A stretch of 32,000 nucleotides of DNA, from NCBI RefSeq assembly GCF_000008625.1, contig NC_000918.1, positions 1,020,001 through 1,052,000 on the forward strand. Reading direction: 5' to 3'. The stretch is from Aquifex aeolicus VF5 (GTDB lineage: Bacteria; Aquificota; Aquificia; Aquificales; Aquificaceae). A program made the position numbers and the translations under genes. The notes under the pieces were generated by a model that did no database searches, had not been told where the DNA came from, and saw only the letters and a list, made by a program, of their open reading frames with translations. Numbering within the stretch: position 1 is the stretch's first letter; each line of letters starts with the position of its first letter. Shown piece by piece: positions 26,800 to 32,000 of this stretch.

Positions 26800-26900
26800 G
26801 CCACAATCCCTTACTGTTAGGGCGTAACCCAATCAACACTTTTTAGTAGCGGTATTCTCTGAACTCGCAGTCGCAATCCCTCACTATTAGGGCGTAACCC
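26800..26900 (-). CRISPR. two-repeat CRISPR-like mini-array (1 spacer), no cas genes in window
   Basis: The repeats at 26800-26830 and 26870-26900 are 27/31 identical with a 70-bp period and a 39-nt spacer. Minus-strand reading: GGGTTACGCCCTAATAGTGAGGGATTGCGAC, and the degenerate copy ...CAGTAAGGGATTGTGGC. Each has a small internal CCCT/AGGG stem directly before ATTGCGAC. Confidence 0.45.
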
Positions 26901-27113
26901 TGCGTGCCTGTGTCTAAAAAATAACGCTCTATCAATAACTTATTAGACTTCTTACCTTCACGAAACGAATGTTAATTTCCGCTAACCCGAGGTTCTGCAA
27001 AATTGAGTATGCCTTTATAAAGTTTTCATACTTGATTTTCAGTCTCTTAAAGCTTGCAGCATCATGATATCATTTCATCACATCATCAAAGCATCGCTTA
27101 TTAGACCCATCAT

Positions 27114-27160
27114 CCCTATTCAGTTGCCAAGGAGCCGGAATAGGGCGAAAAGCCTTTTTT
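27114..27160 (+). terminator. terminator-like hairpin plus T7 run with no assigned upstream gene
   Basis: ccctattc (27114-27121) pairs with gaataggg (27138-27145), followed by ggcgaaaagcc and ttttttt. It lies just upstream of a TATAAT (27161-27166) and the biotin carboxylase ATG. Confidence 0.3.
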
Positions 27161-27197
27161 TATAATTATACCTAAAAAAATTTTAAACTTATTAATT

Positions 27198-28631
27198 ATG
27201 TTTAGAAAAGTTCTCGTTGCCAACAGGGGTGAAGTTGCGGTAAGGATAATAAGGGCCTGTAAAGAGCTGGGAATAAAAACAGTTGCGATATATTCGGAAG
27301 CGGATGTGCGTTCCCTCCACGTTAAAAAAGCAGATGAAGCTTACCTCATTACGGGAGATCCGATAAGGGCTTACCTTGATTACGTGAGAATAGTTGACCT
27401 TGCAAAGCAGGTGGGGGCGGATGCCATTCACCCGGGTTATGGCTTTTTGGCGGAAAACGCCGACTTTGCGCGTTACTGCAGGAGGAGGGGGATAACTTTT
27501 ATAGGCCCTACTCCCGAACAAATAGAGATGTTCGGAGATAAAGTAAAGGCTAAAAAGGTTATGAAGGAGGTGGGGCTCCCTACAATACCTGGAACGGAAG
27601 AGCCAGTAAGAACTCTTGAAGATGCAAAACACGCCGTTAAGGAGATAGGTTTCCCCGTGATGCTGAAAGCCGCTTACGGCGGTGGCGGTAGGGGGATGAG
27701 AGTTATTAGAAACGAGGAAGAACTTGAAAAGAACTTCGAGAGCGCGTTCAGGGAAGCGGAAACCTTCTTCGGAAAAGGAGACCTATTTATAGAAAAGTAC
27801 GTGGAAAACCCAAAACACATAGAAGTTCAAATCCTCGGAGATAAGTACGGAAACATAATACACCTAGGAGAAAGAGATTGTTCAATTCAGAGGAGACACC
27901 AGAAGTTAATCGAGATAGCCCCGTCCCCTAAACTCCCTCAGGATCTCAGGATGAAAATCCTCGGAAACGCCGTAAGGGCGATGACAAGAGTAGGATACGA
28001 AAACGCAGGAACACTTGAGTTTTTGGTGGACCTCAAAACGGGAGAGTATTACTTCATTGAGATGAATACAAGACTTCAGGTGGAACACACAATTACGGAA
28101 GCAATTACGGGAGTGGACATAGTTGAAGCGATGATAAGGATAGCGGCGGGAGAACCTTTGCCTTACCTCCAAAGCGATATAACTTTCAGGGGATACGCAA
28201 TAGAGTTCAGGATAAATGCTGAAGATCCTAAGAAAAACTTTGCACCTGCACCCGGTAAAATTACCTCTTATTACTCCCCCGGAGGGCCTGGTGTAAGAAT
28301 AGACGCCTCCGTTTACAAGGACTACATTATCCCGCCCTACTACGATTCCATGATTGCAAAGATGACAGTATGGGCACTAACATGGGAAAAGGCTGTGGCA
28401 AGGGCAAGGAGAGCACTTGATGAGTTCGTAGTGAGGGGAGTTCCCACGAATATACCCCTCTACAGGGAAATAGTAAGAGACCCCGACTTCTTAAAGGGAG
28501 ACTTCGGAACAAGGTTCTTGGAAGAGAAAATAGCGAAGGGAGAGTACGACTTTGAAATAGAAGGCGAAAAGCCCATGGAAGACGTAGTTCTTGCAATATC
28601 GGCGGCTATAGCAGCCCACTACGGACTTTAA
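27198..28631 (+). CDS. accC: biotin carboxylase (AccC / pyruvate- or 2-oxoglutarate-carboxylase small subunit family)
   Basis: MFRKVLVANRGEVAVRIIRA, an ATP-grasp GGGGRGMRV loop and EMNTRLQVEH. 477 aa. No BCCP or carboxyltransferase partner is adjacent, so the physiological carboxylase is ambiguous. Confidence 0.9.
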   Translation: MFRKVLVANRGEVAVRIIRACKELGIKTVAIYSEADVRSLHVKKADEAYLITGDPIRAYLDYVRIVDLAKQVGADAIHPGYGFLAENADFARYCRRRGITFIGPTPEQIEMFGDKVKAKKVMKEVGLPTIPGTEEPVRTLEDAKHAVKEIGFPVMLKAAYGGGGRGMRVIRNEEELEKNFESAFREAETFFGKGDLFIEKYVENPKHIEVQILGDKYGNIIHLGERDCSIQRRHQKLIEIAPSPKLPQDLRMKILGNAVRAMTRVGYENAGTLEFLVDLKTGEYYFIEMNTRLQVEHTITEAITGVDIVEAMIRIAAGEPLPYLQSDITFRGYAIEFRINAEDPKKNFAPAPGKITSYYSPGGPGVRIDASVYKDYIIPPYYDSMIAKMTVWALTWEKAVARARRALDEFVVRGVPTNIPLYREIVRDPDFLKGDFGTRFLEEKIAKGEYDFEIEGEKPMEDVVLAISAAIAAHYGL

Positions 28632-28981
28632 GACTCCTTTTTTGCCCTCCTTTGTTTCTTCTTCTTTTCCTCTTCTTCGGCCATCTTTATCTGTTCTTCA
28701 GGGGAAGGATACGAAAGTCTTATTTCGCCGTTTTTGAGGAGTACGTAGGATTTCTCCAGGATGTCCCTTATACCTTTCTTGTTTTGAAGGAAGTTTTCTA
28801 TCTCCTTTGGTTCGCTGTAACCCTTCATTACGTACTCTCTTTCCTCTCCGTTGTCAAAAATTATCTTTACTTTTAAACACCAGAACTTTGAGTTCTCGGC
28901 GTCGTGACATCTTTCAGGCTCACCCAGCGGTTCTATCTTAACGCTTCTGGCCACTATATCTTCCTGTTTAAAGTCAAGCAT
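28628..28981 (-). CDS. hypothetical protein with poly-Lys/Glu C-terminal tail
   Basis: The internal ATG at 28981 is preceded by GGAGGCGG. The longer track ORF would overlap dnaB. 117 aa, ending in EEEEKKKKQRRAKKES. No motif recognised. Confidence 0.5.
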   Translation of the reverse strand: MLDFKQEDIVARSVKIEPLGEPERCHDAENSKFWCLKVKIIFDNGEEREYVMKGYSEPKEIENFLQNKKGIRDILEKSYVLLKNGEIRLSYPSPEEQIKMAEEEEKKKKQRRAKKES

Positions 28982-29036
28982 TTCCGCCTCCTTGAAGTTC
29001 TCGTAAAAACATTTTAACGACTGTAAATTAAATTTA

Positions 29037-30443
29037 ATGCAATTTGTGGATAAACTTCCCTGTGACGAATCCGCCGAGAGGGCGGTTCTTGGCAGTATGC
29101 TTGAAGACCCCGAAAACATACCTCTGGTACTTGAATACCTTAAAGAAGAAGACTTCTGCATAGACGAGCACAAGCTACTTTTCAGGGTTCTTACAAACCT
29201 CTGGTCCGAGTACGGCAATAAGCTCGATTTCGTATTAATAAAGGATCACCTTGAAAAGAAAAACTTACTCCAGAAAATACCTATAGACTGGCTCGAAGAA
29301 CTCTACGAGGAGGCGGTATCCCCTGACACGCTTGAGGAAGTCTGCAAAATAGTAAAACAACGTTCCGCACAGAGGGCGATAATTCAACTCGGTATAGAAC
29401 TCATTCACAAAGGAAAGGAAAACAAAGACTTTCACACATTAATCGAGGAAGCCCAGAGCAGGATATTTTCCATAGCGGAAAGTGCTACATCTACGCAGTT
29501 TTACCATGTGAAAGACGTTGCGGAAGAAGTTATAGAACTCATTTATAAATTCAAAAGCTCTGACAGGCTAGTCACGGGACTCCCAAGCGGTTTCACGGAA
29601 CTCGATCTAAAGACGACGGGATTCCACCCTGGAGACTTAATAATACTCGCCGCAAGACCCGGTATGGGGAAAACCGCCTTTATGCTCTCCATAATCTACA
29701 ATCTCGCAAAAGACGAGGGAAAACCCTCAGCTGTATTTTCCTTGGAAATGAGCAAGGAACAGCTCGTTATGAGACTCCTCTCTATGATGTCGGAGGTCCC
29801 ACTTTTCAAGATAAGGTCTGGAAGTATATCGAATGAAGATTTAAAGAAGCTTGAAGCAAGCGCAATAGAACTCGCAAAGTACGACATATACCTCGACGAC
29901 ACACCCGCTCTCACTACAACGGATTTAAGGATAAGGGCAAGAAAGCTCAGAAAGGAAAAGGAAGTTGAGTTCGTGGCGGTGGACTACTTGCAACTTCTGA
30001 GACCGCCAGTCCGAAAGAGTTCAAGACAGGAGGAAGTGGCAGAGGTTTCAAGAAACTTAAAAGCCCTTGCAAAGGAACTTCACATTCCCGTTATGGCACT
30101 TGCGCAGCTCTCCCGTGAGGTGGAAAAGAGGAGTGATAAAAGACCCCAGCTTGCGGACCTCAGAGAATCCGGACAGATAGAACAGGACGCAGACCTAATC
30201 CTTTTCCTCCACAGACCCGAGTACTACAAGAAAAAGCCAAATCCCGAAGAGCAGGGTATAGCGGAAGTGATAATAGCCAAGCAAAGGCAAGGACCCACGG
30301 ACATTGTGAAGCTCGCATTTATTAAGGAGTACACTAAGTTTGCAAACCTAGAAGCCCTTCCTGAACAACCTCCTGAAGAAGAGGAACTTTCCGAAATTAT
30401 TGAAACACAGGAGGATGAAGGATTCGAAGATATTGACTTCTGA
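29037..30443 (+). CDS. dnaB: replicative DNA helicase DnaB
   Basis: N-terminal AERAVLGSML, Walker A ARPGMGKTAF, Walker B VDYLQL, and QLSR...ESGQIEQDAD motifs. 468 aa with an acidic tail. Confidence 0.95.
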   Translation: MQFVDKLPCDESAERAVLGSMLEDPENIPLVLEYLKEEDFCIDEHKLLFRVLTNLWSEYGNKLDFVLIKDHLEKKNLLQKIPIDWLEELYEEAVSPDTLEEVCKIVKQRSAQRAIIQLGIELIHKGKENKDFHTLIEEAQSRIFSIAESATSTQFYHVKDVAEEVIELIYKFKSSDRLVTGLPSGFTELDLKTTGFHPGDLIILAARPGMGKTAFMLSIIYNLAKDEGKPSAVFSLEMSKEQLVMRLLSMMSEVPLFKIRSGSISNEDLKKLEASAIELAKYDIYLDDTPALTTTDLRIRARKLRKEKEVEFVAVDYLQLLRPPVRKSSRQEEVAEVSRNLKALAKELHIPVMALAQLSREVEKRSDKRPQLADLRESGQIEQDADLILFLHRPEYYKKKPNPEEQGIAEVIIAKQRQGPTDIVKLAFIKEYTKFANLEALPEQPPEEEELSEIIETQEDEGFEDIDF

Positions 30444-30461
30444 AAATTAAGGTTTTATAAT
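30433..30461 (+). promoter_or_regulatory. near-consensus sigma70 promoter for tRNA-Asn
   Basis: TTGACT (30433-30438), exact 17-nt spacer, TATAAT (30456-30461). The tRNA 5' end is 14 nt downstream. The -35 lies in the last dnaB codons. Confidence 0.6.
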
Positions 30462-30474
30462 TTTATCTTGGCTA

Positions 30475-30550
30475 TCCGGGGTAGCTCAATCGGCAGAGCG
30501 GGTGGCTGTTAACCACCTGGTTGGGGGTTCGAGTCCCTCCCCCGGAGCCA
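30475..30550 (+). tRNA. tRNA-Asn (GTT), CCA encoded
   Basis: The acceptor stem tccgggg/ccccgga, D-arm tagctcaatcggcagagc, anticodon stem ggtgg/ccacc with loop ctGTTaa, and T-arm ggggg-ttcgagt-ccctc are all present. Discriminator g followed by cca. Confidence 0.9.
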
Positions 30551-30572
30551 TTTCCACAATACAATAATTCCT

Positions 30573-31361
30573 ATGTACCTTGTATACGCCCTGAGTTTAG
30601 CTTTTACTTTATCCGTATTCCTCAGCGTGTTCAGTCTATATTACCTCTTTAACCGCTCCCTTGACATTAACTTCGTCCCGAAGGTTAAAAAAGAAGAAAG
30701 TGTGAATTTGGCAAATCTTCAGGGGAAATTGAAGGAGATATTCAATTACTCCGTTCAGGAAGTAAAAACCTCAAAACCTTCGGTGAGCTCCGCTGTTTCT
30801 CCGCCTTCGTTCAAGGTCAAAGGAATTATAATTTCGGAAAGGATAAGGGGTGTGATACTCGAAGAAGGTTCAAAAGATGTTTTCTTATCCGAAGGTCAAT
30901 CTTTCAAGGGCTACAAGCTTGCAAAGGTAGAAAACGATAGGGTAATTTTTGAGAAAAACGGTGTAGAATTTCCCCTAGAGTTTAAAGTAACGAAGGGAGA
31001 AAAGAGTTTAACTCAAGTAAACCCTACTCTTTCAAGCCTTCCCTCGGAAATCGTGGTAAGTAGGAGGGAAATTCTGGAACTCACCAAGGACCCCGCGAAG
31101 ATGTTCACTCAAATACGCTTAGTGCCTTACATAAAAAATGGAAAAACCGAGGGCTTTATATTCGAGTGGGTAAAGCCCGGAAGTTTGTTTTACAAGCTCG
31201 GGCTGAGGAGAGGAGACATTCTCGTTTCCATTAACAACACTACGATAAGGAGCGGAGAGGATGCCTTCAGGATACTGCAAATGATAAGGAACGAACCTAA
31301 CTTAAAAGTAGAGCTTATCAGAAGAGGTAAAAGGGAGGAGATAAATGTCCGAATTGAGTGA
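30573..31361 (+). CDS. GspC-like secretion-system protein with C-terminal PDZ domain
   Basis: N-terminal TM helix and a PDZ-like GLRRGDILVSINNTTIRSGEDAF. It lies directly upstream of, and overlaps, a GspE-family ATPase gene. Confidence 0.55.
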   Translation: MYLVYALSLAFTLSVFLSVFSLYYLFNRSLDINFVPKVKKEESVNLANLQGKLKEIFNYSVQEVKTSKPSVSSAVSPPSFKVKGIIISERIRGVILEEGSKDVFLSEGQSFKGYKLAKVENDRVIFEKNGVEFPLEFKVTKGEKSLTQVNPTLSSLPSEIVVSRREILELTKDPAKMFTQIRLVPYIKNGKTEGFIFEWVKPGSLFYKLGLRRGDILVSINNTTIRSGEDAFRILQMIRNEPNLKVELIRRGKREEINVRIE

Positions 31362-32000
31362 AAGCTTTGAGTACATAGTAGAAGAAGAAAACGAGAGGGA
31401 ACTCCTCGTAATCGTCCCTCAAAATTACAACTTTTTTGCAGTTGAGGAACTGAGATTTAAGAAGGGGAAGGACGTAAAACTAAAAGTTTTGAGCGAAGAG
31501 GAATACGCAAAGCTCATTCAGGACAGGATTTCCGGGGAAAACGTAGTACTTGAAGAGGAAGAAGAGAGGGAAGAAAAGAGCGAGGACATACTCTTCCAGA
31601 GGGACACATCACCTGCCGTAAGGCTGGTGAACACTGTTCTCATAAAAGCCTCTTCCGTTAACGCCTCGGATGTCCACTTTGAACCTTACGAGGACGAAGC
31701 GGTAGTCAGGATAAGGATGGACGGAGTTCTCCACGACTATACTAAGGTATCGCCTTCCCTCTATCAGGAAGTGGTATCCCGCATAAAAGTTATGGCAAAA
31801 CTGAACGTTGCGGAAAAGAGGATACCGCAGGACGGCAAAATAAGGGTGAAGATAGGAAAGAGGGACTACGATATCAGAGTTTCCGTAGTGCCGACCGTTT
31901 TTGGGGAAAGGGTAGTTCTGAGACTCCTTGAAAAGACTGGACAACTTTTAACACTCTCAGACCTCGGTTTATCGAAAGGAGACGAAGAAAAGGTGAGAAG
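31345..32000 (+). CDS. GspE/PilB-family type II secretion / type IV pilus assembly ATPase, 3'-truncated by the window edge
   Basis: Not in the ORF track because it has no stop in the window. ATG 31345 follows GGGAGGAG. My translation gives MSELSESFEY...SPAVRLVNTVLIKASSVNASDVHFEPYEDEAVVRIRMDGVLHDY...AEKRIPQDGKIRVKIGKRDYDIRVSVVPTVFGERVVLRLL, the N-terminal signature of GspE/PilB. Confidence 0.9.
   Translation, partial: MSELSESFEYIVEEENERELLVIVPQNYNFFAVEELRFKKGKDVKLKVLSEEEYAKLIQDRISGENVVLEEEEEREEKSEDILFQRDTSPAVRLVNTVLIKASSVNASDVHFEPYEDEAVVRIRMDGVLHDYTKVSPSLYQEVVSRIKVMAKLNVAEKRIPQDGKIRVKIGKRDYDIRVSVVPTVFGERVVLRLLEKTGQLLTLSDLGLSKGDEEKVR

Noticed and set aside
26926-26956. Possible third, degraded CRISPR repeat (shares TATTAG and a terminal CC)
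   Set aside because: Only about 10/31 positions match, and the spacing would be 56 bp rather than 70 bp. This is indistinguishable from chance.
27064-27165. 33-codon small ORF (MISFHHIIKASLIRPIIPIQLPRSRNRAKSLFL) in the intergenic region
   Set aside because: It has no Shine-Dalgarno and runs through the terminator-like hairpin and T-run. The composition looks non-coding.
26674-27197. tmRNA, RNase P RNA, SRP RNA, 6S RNA or a riboswitch in the large intergenic region
   Set aside because: I could not find a tRNA-like acceptor/CCA end, a tag-peptide reading frame, conserved P4-type or SRP domain IV motifs, or any riboswitch core by eye. This is left as an open question, not a call.
27192-27632. 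146-aa minus-strand ORF opposite the biotin carboxylase gene. Similar shadow ORFs occur at 14930-15439, 31609-31944, 10171-10744, 12944-13600 and 20814-21149.
   Set aside because: These are shadow ORFs of highly conserved genes on the other strand. None has a recognisable domain or start signal.
28982-29218. Upstream extension of the small minus-strand ORF
   Set aside because: It overlaps the dnaB 5' end on the opposite strand and is Ser-rich low-complexity sequence. The internal ATG 28981 has a strong Shine-Dalgarno.

Overview
This is a dense, almost gap-free bacterial chromosomal segment with K/E/R-rich, thermophile-style proteins. The 706-aa PIWI protein matches my memory of Aquifex aeolicus Argonaute: the catalytic Asp residues fall at 502, 571 and 683, as I recall for the published structure. 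The window is therefore most likely A. aeolicus or a very close relative, but this rests on memory, not a search.

Gene order:
- A minor-pilin/pseudopilin operon ending in a 617-aa beta-helix-like protein (1-3788).
- A family-5 ABC substrate-binding protein and a glutaredoxin-like protein.
- A 1054-aa PBP-PAS-GAF-PAS-GGDEF-EAL c-di-GMP protein.
- On the minus strand: AMMECR1, a Cu(I) P1B-ATPase, then the tightly packed Nudix / Argonaute / coiled-coil membrane protein cluster (11810-14923).
- htrA, an rpoS-like sigma factor, a frameshifted FIST sensor and a GGDEF cyclase.
- A SAM methyltransferase and a frameshifted gcvT.
- A solo IS605-family tnpB element filling the gcvT-tauE gap (20646-22160).
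- A TauE/SafE permease, a pseudouridine synthase and the folP-cdaA-cdaR-like operon.
- The only large non-coding gap (26674-27197), which holds a two-repeat CRISPR-like mini-array.
- Biotin carboxylase, dnaB, tRNA-Asn, and gspC-like/gspE secretion genes.

Most interesting:
1. The Nudix-pAgo-membrane coiled-coil operon.
2. The tnpA-less TnpB, which keeps an intact RuvC triad but has lost its zinc-finger cysteines, has a hairpin-rich 3' region (omega-RNA candidate) and ends inside gcvT.
3. The orphan mini-CRISPR whose repeat ends in ATTGCGAC.

No cas genes, rRNA, prophage or integrase are visible. All homology calls come from motif recognition by eye; nothing was searched.
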